Shown here piece by piece: positions 6,962 through 16,131 of a DNA stretch of 64,000 nt (position 1 is its first letter; the number at the start of each line of letters is the position of its first letter). Both the position numbers and the translations under genes were made by a program. Below the pieces are notes generated by a model. It had not been told where the DNA came from and made no database searches. It saw only the letters and a list, made by a program, of their open reading frames with translations. Source of the DNA: a virus; IMG/VR virus record IMGVR_UViG_3300045988_167643; one strand, written 5' to 3'.

Positions 6962-8785
6962 ATGATCATTATAGACTCAGAAGAGAAAAATACTCAACAG
7001 TCCATTCTGCGCAAGCATTTTGAGATGCTATATCCGGATAAACTAAAGGATGATGAATGGATAAGACTGGTACGGATAAATAAAATAAGCAATGAAACTT
7101 TTGTCGATTACATAAAAACTTATGATGAATATTACAATTATATTCAAACTTATAAATGGAATTTTGATTTATATAATCAACTTGCAACAAATATTGGACG
7201 TGATAAAGGAACAGAAAGTCAACAGAGAACAAGAAGAGTTTTGTTCCTGGATTTTGATCAGAAAGATTACGAACGATTATCTGGGGCAAAAGCATTTACA
7301 GGCTTCATAAAAAGTAAAATAAAAAAATTGTTTCTACATGCATGTATAAATTCAGGACATGGGTATCACTATTATATATGTATTGATGAAAAAGCTAATA
7401 ATGCAAAAGAAGTTGTAGAGCTTAATAAAACACTTGCAGATATCTTTAGAGCAGATCTTAAGGCAACATTATCAACGCAAATCGCGCGAATTCCATGCTC
7501 TTTTAATCACAAAACAGAAGATGGAGAATATGACTATCAAGATCCAGGTAAGTGGGAATATGTGAGAGTTGTCAATAATGCATATAAAAATGGACCACAG
7601 TATAGAGCATATCCATTATCTGAAATTAGAAGTTACATATCAGATTATTACAAAAATCTGGATAAAGAGGTAAATATTTTTGCCCTGAAAGAATGGAAAG
7701 AAGCGAAAAGCGGAAAAGAATTTAATTATTTCTGTATTGAGCGTGTTAAACATGAAGGAGCGGTTAAGGGACAGCGTAACTTCTGGCATGGTCGAATTGT
7801 TAAAAGTATGCAGAAACAGGGTTATAGTGAGCAAGAAATTTTTGCGGCATGTAAAGAATATAATGCAGCCTGTATTCCACCAAAATCTGATAGTGTAATT
7901 TTAGATGACACGGCAAGATTTTTGAAAAAGAAATATAACTTAACAGGATGTTATGGCGCTTTTCCAGAAAATGATGAAAGACATTGGTGGGTCGCTATGC
8001 AGTGTGATGAAGCAAAATGTAAGACTTTTAATTGTGGGCTTTGTATAACGGAAATGGATACCGATGAAAAACACAATCCACAAAGGGCTGCTGGAGCAAA
8101 AATAAATAAGAAGATTTTGAAGAATAGTACCATTAGAAAGATGACAGGAAACGATTATTTGGTCATAACTCTTATTGATGTTTATGAAGTATTATACGGA
8201 AGAAAAGGGTTTAGAGTAAGAGATTTAATTGACAAATTAAAATCAAAATATGCTAAGAGAAGATGTATTGGAGATAAAACGTTAAAGCCTCTTTTACTTA
8301 ATTTACAAGAAAAGAAATGGATTCAGATTGTCGAAGATAAAAAGAAACCAGGAGTATTTCTTGATTCCAGACTTGTACTGAACAGAAGATTAAAAGAAAT
8401 CCAGCAAGGCTATATTGAATTTTATTTTAATATAGCGAGAGCATTAATTGATGGTCGAATTGTTGCTAATGAATATTTAGTCTACATTACATTACTAAGA
8501 AATCTTGATAACGGAAGACCTGTTACATATGATGAACTAGCTTACGATTTAGATTTTTCGAGACAAAATGTTGCTAAGTATATTAAAAATTTGGAAGATG
8601 CAGGATGTATTTTTATCAGTAAAGGAACAACCGATAAAGGATTTGAATGTAATAAATATCGTGTAACTAATCCTCAATTATTTGACGAGATTGATAGAAA
8701 GAGAAGAAAAGAATTTGAGAAAGCATCAGTTACTCTTGCAGATGAACAGAGTAATGAGCTTAGTGAAGCAATATTAATAGCGTAG
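6962..8785 (+). CDS. AEP-superfamily primase-polymerase-like replication protein with C-terminal wHTH-like region
   Basis: VLFLDFDQKDY (DxD) and NSGHGYHYYICID (sGxGxH) blocks typical of Prim-Pol/plasmid primases; C-terminal RQNVAKYIKNLEDAGCI HTH-like segment. Confidence 0.5.
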   Translation: MIIIDSEEKNTQQSILRKHFEMLYPDKLKDDEWIRLVRINKISNETFVDYIKTYDEYYNYIQTYKWNFDLYNQLATNIGRDKGTESQQRTRRVLFLDFDQKDYERLSGAKAFTGFIKSKIKKLFLHACINSGHGYHYYICIDEKANNAKEVVELNKTLADIFRADLKATLSTQIARIPCSFNHKTEDGEYDYQDPGKWEYVRVVNNAYKNGPQYRAYPLSEIRSYISDYYKNLDKEVNIFALKEWKEAKSGKEFNYFCIERVKHEGAVKGQRNFWHGRIVKSMQKQGYSEQEIFAACKEYNAACIPPKSDSVILDDTARFLKKKYNLTGCYGAFPENDERHWWVAMQCDEAKCKTFNCGLCITEMDTDEKHNPQRAAGAKINKKILKNSTIRKMTGNDYLVITLIDVYEVLYGRKGFRVRDLIDKLKSKYAKRRCIGDKTLKPLLLNLQEKKWIQIVEDKKKPGVFLDSRLVLNRRLKEIQQGYIEFYFNIARALIDGRIVANEYLVYITLLRNLDNGRPVTYDELAYDLDFSRQNVAKYIKNLEDAGCIFISKGTTDKGFECNKYRVTNPQLFDEIDRKRRKEFEKASVTLADEQSNELSEAILIA

Positions 8786-9274
8786 TATCTAATCTATATG
8801 ACCTATAGGGAATATATATGGGGATTACCCTATATGCCCTGTAGTCATATATTATACATTCTATACAATGGTACTACTAACGGCAGGTAGAAAAATGAGC
8901 TACGTCTTATTTTCTATAGCATCTAAGCCAGTCGAAGTATGCAGTTTTTTGTACTACTAACGGCATGTACAAAAACGGCTTAAAGCCTTATTTTATAAGG
9001 GATCTAAGGCGATTTTTCGATTTATTTTATGAATGTTGTATAGGATTTGAGGGGTCAAAATTCCCGATGGCGATTTGCGATTAAGTCAATGTTTATAAGG
9101 GTTTAAAGCCATTTTTGACGTGCAGTAGAAAATCCGGTCAACCGATTTTTATCAGTCATAGTGACCAAATCGATTTCATACAAAACGCTTTTTAGCCTTA
9201 TAAAATAAGGGAAAGGTGCTTCGTATGACAGTATGTAGTACGGTACGACATTTGAACGACATACAGGAGTAGTT
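8786..9274. repeat. iteron/inverted-repeat-rich intergenic region (candidate replication origin)
   Basis: About 60-bp direct repeat units start with GTACTACTAACGGCA at 8871 and 8951. Inverted CCTTATTTTATAAGG (8988) / CCTTATAAAATAAGG (9196). Nested palindrome at 8795-8850. Several CGATTT motifs. Confidence 0.5.
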
Positions 9275-9622
9275 ATGGCAGATATATTTGATTGTGTAAA
9301 AGTATCGGACAATATACGTCCAAGATATACATCATATGAAATTATTTATATGATAAGAGAAAAACAAAAGCAGAGTGGATTATCACTTGAAGAATTTTGT
9401 GTAAAATACAATTTAACTTTAGAAGGATATGAAAAACTAATATCTTATAAAGGAGTATTTAATTGGAAAATATATTATAAGTGTGCAGAAATTTTAGAAG
9501 TGAATGTTGCTGAGTTATTAGAAGAACTTGCTGATGATATTCCTGCTTCTGACGATAGGACATTTCTTTTAGCAAATAAATTGTTTAATGAAATTATTAT
9601 GCAGGAAAAAATAGCTAAGTAA
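9275..9622 (+). CDS. possible HTH (XRE-like) protein
   Basis: SGLSLEEFCVKYNLTLEGYEKLISYKG resembles a helix-turn-helix; weak. Confidence 0.35.
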   Translation: MADIFDCVKVSDNIRPRYTSYEIIYMIREKQKQSGLSLEEFCVKYNLTLEGYEKLISYKGVFNWKIYYKCAEILEVNVAELLEELADDIPASDDRTFLLANKLFNEIIMQEKIAK

Positions 9623-9732
9623 TTAGCAACGATAAAACAACAGTTTTATGGGGAAATGACCCTCGTGAATCCCTTATTTTTAAAGGGATTGCGAAAATGG
9701 AATTTTGAGAAAATTCATAAAAAGGAGAAAAA

Positions 9733-10233
9733 ATGTTAGTTGCTATTATATTAACAATTATTTTTACAGTATCATTTAGGTTTTGCTTAAATGAAACAGA
9801 AATATCAGATCGAATTGTAATATTTAGCTTTAGCTATTTTGTATTATTTATTATAGGTATTTCTATTTTTATGATTATAGGAAATTCTGTCTTTTCTGGA
9901 ACTGCTAATCAAGAAATGATTACAAAAGAAGAATCTATTGTGTCGTTTATAGACAATAAGGATAACCCAGTTTACGTTAAATATTCATTTAAGTGGAATG
10001 GTGGAAGTACATATAGATATGTAGAACAGAACGGAAAATATCTTGAGTATAAAGAAATCCCAATTAGTGCAGACGTAAATATAGTAGAAGGAAATTATGA
10101 ACCGGTGTTAATTACTCATAGTTATAAAGCAAATAAAAATTGTGATCTATTATTTGGTCAAACTGCAAATAAGTTTACACATGATACTTGGTATGAATTT
10201 TATATACCGGAGGGGACTTTTATTACATATTAA
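9733..10233 (+). CDS. hypothetical membrane protein
   Basis: 166 aa; two N-terminal TM segments. Confidence 0.55.
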   Translation: MLVAIILTIIFTVSFRFCLNETEISDRIVIFSFSYFVLFIIGISIFMIIGNSVFSGTANQEMITKEESIVSFIDNKDNPVYVKYSFKWNGGSTYRYVEQNGKYLEYKEIPISADVNIVEGNYEPVLITHSYKANKNCDLLFGQTANKFTHDTWYEFYIPEGTFITY

Positions 10234-10715
10234 TGGAGGATAAGAAAATGTTATATGGGCTTAAACATCGTGATTATAGAACGATTAATTATACAGAAGA
10301 TTTGGATGAAGCATATAAATTTTGTGCAACGCATCCTGGATATGAGATTATAGCAGCTGAAAAGTTAAAAAAAGACATTGATTATAATGAAACTGAGTTT
10401 ATTTATAGATATATTGTTTCTTTTAATTTATCAATGGATGAAAAGTCTTATGTCATGATAAAACACTTAGAGAATGAACCAGAATTTAATTATTGTAATT
10501 GTTATACTAAAAATTTTGAATTCCATGATTCAGTAGGTGCTTATAGAGAAGGACGGCGTGTCTACTTCAATATTTTTATTGGAGAAAGAAATTATAGCAT
10601 TGCTTGTAAAATTGCTGAAGAGTATTTAAATAAATTAATTAATATGGGCAATGGAAAAGTTACAAAAGAAAACATTGAGTTGATGAATGAAGAATTACGA
10701 ATTGCTAAAAAATAA
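10233..10715 (+). CDS. hypothetical protein
   Basis: 160 aa; ATG overlaps previous stop (TAATG). Confidence 0.55.
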   Translation: MEDKKMLYGLKHRDYRTINYTEDLDEAYKFCATHPGYEIIAAEKLKKDIDYNETEFIYRYIVSFNLSMDEKSYVMIKHLENEPEFNYCNCYTKNFEFHDSVGAYREGRRVYFNIFIGERNYSIACKIAEEYLNKLINMGNGKVTKENIELMNEELRIAKK

Positions 10716-10894
10716 AGTATTTATATAAGGTTAGATATTTTGAAGATGCAATTCGCAAATCGAAAGTTTATATAAAAAATAAAGAAAACGATTTACAGAA
10801 ATTAAAAGAAGAATATGAAAAAGAAATTGGAAGTAAATAATAGCTGAAAAGCATTATAAAAAATATATAAATAAAAAAAGGAGAAAAGATAATT

Positions 10895-11500
10895 ATGATG
10901 AACAATTTTTTAAACGGTATGTTTGGTAAAGTAGGTAACGGAATGTGCAGACTTTCTATGAGTGGCGGTATTGCAGTAAAAACATCTAATGGTTATAAAA
11001 GTTATAATGTGAAGACTGGTAGACTTACAAATTGTGACAATTTTGCATTTGATATTGGACAGGATTTCTTCTTTATTATTCCAACAAACAAAGTTAGTGC
11101 AGGTGATATTATATTTGCAAATGGAAAGCCTAAATGTGTTATTAAAGTAGAGAAGAATATGATTACTGCAATCAATTATGAAGATTCTACTGTAGAGAAT
11201 ATTATTCCAGAGCGACACGTATTCATGGGAAATACATATTTTTATGGAAAGATTGTTTCTTTACTTGGAAGTAATATTACTAAGGGAAAAAACGGAATGA
11301 ACAATATTTTCAAATATATGATGCTATCTCAGATGATGAATGGAAATGGTTCTACCGGAACAGCGAACAATATAAACTCAATGCTTCCGTTTATGATGAT
11401 GGGCGGTAATATGGGTGATATGTTTGATGGTATGTTTGATTTTGATGAAGTAGACGATACTAATGAATTTAATGAAGTAGATACAGAGGAGGAAGAATAA
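10895..11500 (+). CDS. hypothetical protein, Met/Gly-rich, acidic C-terminus
   Basis: 201 aa; AAAGGAGAAAAG RBS; same frame as the downstream vWA ORF. Confidence 0.55.
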   Translation: MMNNFLNGMFGKVGNGMCRLSMSGGIAVKTSNGYKSYNVKTGRLTNCDNFAFDIGQDFFFIIPTNKVSAGDIIFANGKPKCVIKVEKNMITAINYEDSTVENIIPERHVFMGNTYFYGKIVSLLGSNITKGKNGMNNIFKYMMLSQMMNGNGSTGTANNINSMLPFMMMGGNMGDMFDGMFDFDEVDDTNEFNEVDTEEEE

Positions 11501-11611
11501 TTATGGGATGGGGGAGAATGGAATGCAAATAGTTTTATAAGATATTCAACATCAAAGGGATTAGCGACAGATTCATTAGGGTTTGTTACTTCAAGTGTTT
11601 CTAATCAGGAA

Positions 11612-12406
11612 ATGTTTAAGGCAAGATCTCTTGATCCAGTACTTGATCCAAAGAATGTTATTAGAGAATGTTGCGATTCAGAAGATCATCCAAACACATT
11701 ACCAGTTGTGATTGCACTTGATGTAACTGGATCTATGGGGCAAGCTGCAGTTGAGGTAGCAAAAAAACTTAATGGAATTATGACAAAACTTTATGAAAAA
11801 ATTGCAGATGTTGAATTTATGATTATGGGCATTGGAGATTTATCATATGATTATAATCCAATTCAAGCATCTCAATTTGAATCAGATATAAGGATTGCAG
11901 AGCAACTTGATAAAATTTACTTTGAATTTGGCGGTGGTGGAAATGGATTTGAGTCATATAGTGCTGCATGGTATTTTGGAACTCATCATAGTAAACTTGA
12001 TTGCTGGAATCGTGGTAAACGAGGAATTATTATTACAATCGGTGACGAGAGATTGAATCCTTATCTTCCAATCCGAAGTAGATGTTCTGGTTTAATTGCA
12101 ACACTTGGAGATAATTTAGAAAAAGATGTGGAAACTCCAGAGCTATTTGAAGAAGCTTCTAAGAAATTCGACATTTATCATATTCATGTAAATCATGGTA
12201 GTAACTATGACAAAGAAGGTATTGAAAAATCCTTTAAGTCTATTATTGAAGAAAATCATTTCAAAGAAGCGACTTTAGACAATATTGCAGAGACTATTGT
12301 AAATATTATTGTTGATGCAGCTGAGAACGATGTTAATACAATTATAACACCTGCGACAACACCTACTCAGGTAAGTACAAATGAGAATGGTGAAATTGTT
12401 TGGTAA
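11612..12406 (+). CDS. von Willebrand factor A (vWA) domain protein
   Basis: MIDAS-like VVIALDVTGSMG. Coordinates start at the first in-frame ATG; the true start may be ATG 11503 via a frameshift in a G5 run (see findings). Confidence 0.65.
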   Translation: MFKARSLDPVLDPKNVIRECCDSEDHPNTLPVVIALDVTGSMGQAAVEVAKKLNGIMTKLYEKIADVEFMIMGIGDLSYDYNPIQASQFESDIRIAEQLDKIYFEFGGGGNGFESYSAAWYFGTHHSKLDCWNRGKRGIIITIGDERLNPYLPIRSRCSGLIATLGDNLEKDVETPELFEEASKKFDIYHIHVNHGSNYDKEGIEKSFKSIIEENHFKEATLDNIAETIVNIIVDAAENDVNTIITPATTPTQVSTNENGEIVW

Positions 12407-12428
12407 AATAAAATAGGAGATAAAAACG

Positions 12429-13526
12429 ATGAAAGACATTAAGATTGTGGCTGGAGCAAACTGGGGAGACGAAGGAAAAGGACTAATGACTGATTACTTT
12501 TCACAGAAACCTAATAGTATTGTAGTATGTTCTAATGGTGGAAGTCAAAGAGGACATACTGTGGTAACACCGGACGGAATCAGACATGTCTTTCATCATT
12601 TTGGTTCTGGAACTTTTAATGGTGCTGCTACATATTTACCAAAAGAATTTATTGTAAATCCACTTATTTTTGCTCAAGAATATAAAGAACTGATAAATAA
12701 GAGAATTATTCCTAATATTTATGTTCATGGAGATTGTATGGTTTCGACTCCGTATGATATGATGGCAAACCAGGTCATCGAAGAGAGTCGTGGAAAACAA
12801 AAGCATGGTAGTTGTGGATTTGGAATTTTTGAAACCATTAAGAGATATAAAAATGGTATAACCGATTTTGATAAAGCAAAGGACTATTATCTTGAAAAAT
12901 TTGAACGAGATAAAATTCTACTATCAGACGACTGGAAAAGAATATTTAATGATCCAGGAATAAATGATCATTTTATAGAAGATTTGGATTTTATGAATGA
13001 TCACATTAAATCAATTAGAGATGAAAGCTTTCTAAATATGTTTGACCATATTATTTTTGAAGCTGCTCAAGGACTACTACTCGATCAGAATAATCTAAAA
13101 TATTTCCCATATCTTACACCATCTAATACAGGTCTGAAAAATCCTAAAAAAATTATTGAAAGAATTGATTGGTATGATGAATTAAATATAGAAGTATGTT
13201 ATGTGACACGTACATATTTAACGAGACATGGTGTCGGTCCGTTTCCAACAGAGTGTGATAAAGACGAAATTAATTCTGAAATGCACGATAATACAAATGT
13301 ACCTAATCCTCATCAGGATACTTTACGTTACGGAAAGTTAGATTTAAATGAGTTATATCAAAGAGTGATGGAAGATGTTGGAAATTTTAAATGTAAAAAA
13401 TCTATTGCCATTACACACTGTAATGAATTTAGAATGGATGAAGATAAGTTTGAGAAGTTATTTTTAGGATGGAATATTTATAAATCAGATGGTGAAACAC
13501 ATAATAGCATAAAGGAGACAAAATAA
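12429..13526 (+). CDS. adenylosuccinate synthetase (PurA)-family enzyme, divergent, PurZ-like candidate
   Basis: Blocks AGANWGDEGKGLMTDY, NGGSQRGHTV, FEAAQGLLLDQ, YLTPSNT and TRHGVGPFPTE align with PurA signature blocks. 365 aa, shorter than bacterial PurA. The TTGRxRR Asp-binding loop is not recognisable. Confidence 0.65.
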   Translation: MKDIKIVAGANWGDEGKGLMTDYFSQKPNSIVVCSNGGSQRGHTVVTPDGIRHVFHHFGSGTFNGAATYLPKEFIVNPLIFAQEYKELINKRIIPNIYVHGDCMVSTPYDMMANQVIEESRGKQKHGSCGFGIFETIKRYKNGITDFDKAKDYYLEKFERDKILLSDDWKRIFNDPGINDHFIEDLDFMNDHIKSIRDESFLNMFDHIIFEAAQGLLLDQNNLKYFPYLTPSNTGLKNPKKIIERIDWYDELNIEVCYVTRTYLTRHGVGPFPTECDKDEINSEMHDNTNVPNPHQDTLRYGKLDLNELYQRVMEDVGNFKCKKSIAITHCNEFRMDEDKFEKLFLGWNIYKSDGETHNSIKETK

Positions 13527-13528
13527 AA

Positions 13529-14092
13529 ATGAAAACCAAAAATTCAACCTGGAAAGTAGTATTAATCGTAATTGCAATTATTATTGCTGTCGCTCTTATG
13601 GCTGTATTTGGAGTCCAGAGTTACATGAATAGGGCAATCAGTATGGAAGAACAGGTATCAACCGCTAAGTCGGATGTAAATGTCCAGGAAAAAAGACGAG
13701 TGGATCTACTTGGAAATTTGGTTGATTGCGTAAAGAACTATGACAAACATGAATATGACACATTAAATGAAATTGTAGACGGTCGCTCATCTAATGATGA
13801 TAAGGCTGCAGAAATCAAAACTTCTATTAAGGCAGTATCTGAAGCATATCCGGAATTAAAATCCAACGAGAATTATAAACAGCTTATGAATGATCTGGCA
13901 ACAACCGAAAATCTGATTGCAAACTATAGGGAAAATTATAATAAACAGGTGAAAATTTATAATGCGTATGTGAGAAAATTTCCGCAGAGACTATTTCTTA
14001 ATTTCTTAGGTTACGAAGAACAGGATTATAAATTGTTAGACTTTGGTGACGACCTTCAGGACGCACCACAGGATTTGTTTGGAGAGGATTAA
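13529..14092 (+). CDS. lemA: LemA family protein
   Basis: N-terminal TM, then EKRRVDLLGNLVDCVKNYDKHE, SEAYPELKSNENYKQL, TENLIANYRENYN and FPQRLF blocks typical of LemA. Confidence 0.75.
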   Translation: MKTKNSTWKVVLIVIAIIIAVALMAVFGVQSYMNRAISMEEQVSTAKSDVNVQEKRRVDLLGNLVDCVKNYDKHEYDTLNEIVDGRSSNDDKAAEIKTSIKAVSEAYPELKSNENYKQLMNDLATTENLIANYRENYNKQVKIYNAYVRKFPQRLFLNFLGYEEQDYKLLDFGDDLQDAPQDLFGED

Positions 14093-14095
14093 TTT

Positions 14096-14410
14096 ATGAA
14101 AAAGAAGCAAAAATGTGATAGGCATTTTTATGTGGCACTTGGTTGTGGTAAATATTATGCAGTAATAGAAGAAAATGATTGTCATAAAATTTACATAATT
14201 TTACCTTGCATATGTGAAAAATGTAAAGATTTTGAATTTGGATCTTTGAATCCAAGCATATTTCCTCACACACAAGAAGGCTACGAAAATTACAAAAATG
14301 CGATTCAAGTTCTTAAGGATTGTAAGTATAAACCATTTGAAGAATTTGAAAAGGAATGCCCTGAATATTACGAAAAAATTGTAGATAAATTGAGGATTGA
14401 AAATGAATAA
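14096..14410 (+). CDS. hypothetical Cys-rich protein
   Basis: 104-aa ORF. Confidence 0.5.
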   Translation: MKKKQKCDRHFYVALGCGKYYAVIEENDCHKIYIILPCICEKCKDFEFGSLNPSIFPHTQEGYENYKNAIQVLKDCKYKPFEEFEKECPEYYEKIVDKLRIENE

Positions 14411-15143
14411 CATAAAGTTTCGGAACTTTACGATTACTAAAAGAGAAATTCTTGTAAGTATTGTAATCGCAGCCTTAATGATTATGTTTGGCTTTCTGAT
14501 CAGCACAAAATGGTCAGAGAGCCAACAGGAATCTGATATTAAATATAACAAGGCAATTCAAATAGATAATGATACAGATCTGTTCCAATATGGAATGGAT
14601 ACAAATGTTGGTAATGCATTTGTTTATGGGGAGCTGAAAGCAGTAGATTCAGTTACATATCCGGAAATTGGTGGAGAATACATGTATGTTCGAAAAGTAG
14701 AAGAACATTATAATATGCATACTCGAACTGTTACGACTACTGACTCAAAAGGGAAAAAACATACAAGAACAGAAACATATTGGACCTGGGATTATGCCGG
14801 AGAAGAAGATAAAAGTTGTAAAACAATTAATTTTTGTGGAATTGATTTTGATAGCAGTAAAATTCCATTTCCTGGTAAAGACTACATTGATACATTGAGT
14901 GGCGGTTATCATATCAGATTTGAATATTACGGTGTTCCTGCAGTTAATAAAGGGACTATATTTACGGATCTAAGGGGAAAAACCATAAATAATACAAAGT
15001 ACTATAACAATATGGATTTAGAAGAAGCTTTTAGATATGCTACAACTCATTTTCCAATGTGGTTATTTTGGGTACTATGGATTATGTTGATAGGAGCTGC
15101 CGTGTTCGGGTTTTGTTATTTAGAAAATAAATGGTTGGAGTAA
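14403..15143 (+). CDS. membrane protein (N- and C-terminal TM) downstream of LemA
   Basis: ATG 14403 inside track ORF 14397-15143; TM segments ILVSIVIAALMIMFGFLI and MWLFWVLWIMLIGAAVFGF. Confidence 0.55.
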   Translation: MNNIKFRNFTITKREILVSIVIAALMIMFGFLISTKWSESQQESDIKYNKAIQIDNDTDLFQYGMDTNVGNAFVYGELKAVDSVTYPEIGGEYMYVRKVEEHYNMHTRTVTTTDSKGKKHTRTETYWTWDYAGEEDKSCKTINFCGIDFDSSKIPFPGKDYIDTLSGGYHIRFEYYGVPAVNKGTIFTDLRGKTINNTKYYNNMDLEEAFRYATTHFPMWLFWVLWIMLIGAAVFGFCYLENKWLE

Positions 15144-15148
15144 AAAAT

Positions 15149-15499
15149 ATGGATAAAATTAATAACTTAGAATATAGAGGATTCCATGCAAAGCTTAATC
15201 ACGATTTAAATCAAGAAAAGATAACAGGATGTATTGCTGACATTGAGGATCTAGTAACATTTGAAGCCGAGCATAGCAGTGATATTGAGTTCGAATTTCA
15301 CAAAGCAGTAGATGATTACATGGCATTTTGTAAAGAAATTGGCAAAAAGAGAATTAAAAATTGTCCTGGTATTGCAATACAGTGTCGTGGAAAAATTGTA
15401 ATGGCAGAACCACATCCGAGGTTTAAAGGAGCTTGGAGATTTGAACTAAATGGTGAAACTTGGGTTTGTAGTAGTTGGGCGTTTGAAGAGGGTTATTGA
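15149..15499 (+). CDS. HicB-like antitoxin-fold domain protein
   Basis: YRGFHAKLNHD...ITGCIADIEDLVTFEAEHSSDIEFEFHKAVDDYMAFCKEIGKK matches the HicB N-terminal pattern (from memory); no HicA seen. Confidence 0.45.
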   Translation: MDKINNLEYRGFHAKLNHDLNQEKITGCIADIEDLVTFEAEHSSDIEFEFHKAVDDYMAFCKEIGKKRIKNCPGIAIQCRGKIVMAEPHPRFKGAWRFELNGETWVCSSWAFEEGY

Positions 15500-15780
15500 T
15501 GGATATTTTTAATGATAAGAATGTATATGTTTACACAGAAAATGACACAGTGTTTATTCTTCCTAAAGGTCAAGATAAGCCAGTGAAAATTTGTTATGAA
15601 GATCCTAATAGACGAATTATTGCAAACAATGATGGCTCTATAACAATTGAAGATACAGTATCATTGGAATGGCTTACAAATCATATTGTCGATAAGGAAG
15701 ATTATGAAAAAATAGAAAATGCTTTAAAAGAAGCTATAAGTAAAACAAAGTTTACTGTGTATGAAGTACAAGTACGATAA
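15499..15780 (+). CDS. hypothetical protein
   Basis: 93 aa; ATG overlaps previous stop. Confidence 0.5.
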   Translation: MDIFNDKNVYVYTENDTVFILPKGQDKPVKICYEDPNRRIIANNDGSITIEDTVSLEWLTNHIVDKEDYEKIENALKEAISKTKFTVYEVQVR

Positions 15781-15840
15781 AAGATATGTTTTACGAAAGT
15801 GTATATACTTATGGTTAAATTACAAAATATGGGGGTAAAA

Positions 15841-16131
15841 ATGGGCTGTACAGATATCAGTTATAAAATTATGTGCCAACGCTTTGATAAGCTGATTTAT
15901 AGTCGAAAGGATATTGATTTATCGGCTGATATAAAAGAGTTGGAAAACAGAATTCAAAGTAAAGAACATACGCCGGAATATTATTTTAATGCCGGAGTGA
16001 TTGCCAGAGGATATTTAGACGAAATACATGAGAATGGTGATGCTGTTAATGCTTACATTGGTGGATTAAATCAATTCTGTTGGCTAATTGGTTTAGATAA
16101 TGAAGAGGATGATAATGATGAGAATAACTAA
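15841..16131 (+). CDS. hypothetical protein
   Basis: Internal ATG of track ORF 15799-16131, preceded by a GGGGGT RBS-like run. Confidence 0.45.
   Translation: MGCTDISYKIMCQRFDKLIYSRKDIDLSADIKELENRIQSKEHTPEYYFNAGVIARGYLDEIHENGDAVNAYIGGLNQFCWLIGLDNEEDDNDENN

Noticed and set aside
9103-9312. 69-aa minus-strand ORF in the iteron region
   Set aside because: It lies within the repeat-rich putative origin, has no RBS, and overlaps the start of the 9275 gene.
10895-12406. Programmed TAA readthrough fusing the 201-aa protein to the vWA domain
   Set aside because: It remains possible because the frames are identical. However, a simpler explanation exists: SD plus ATG at 11503, with a 1-nt homopolymer discrepancy. 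It is reported under the frameshift finding rather than as a separate claim.
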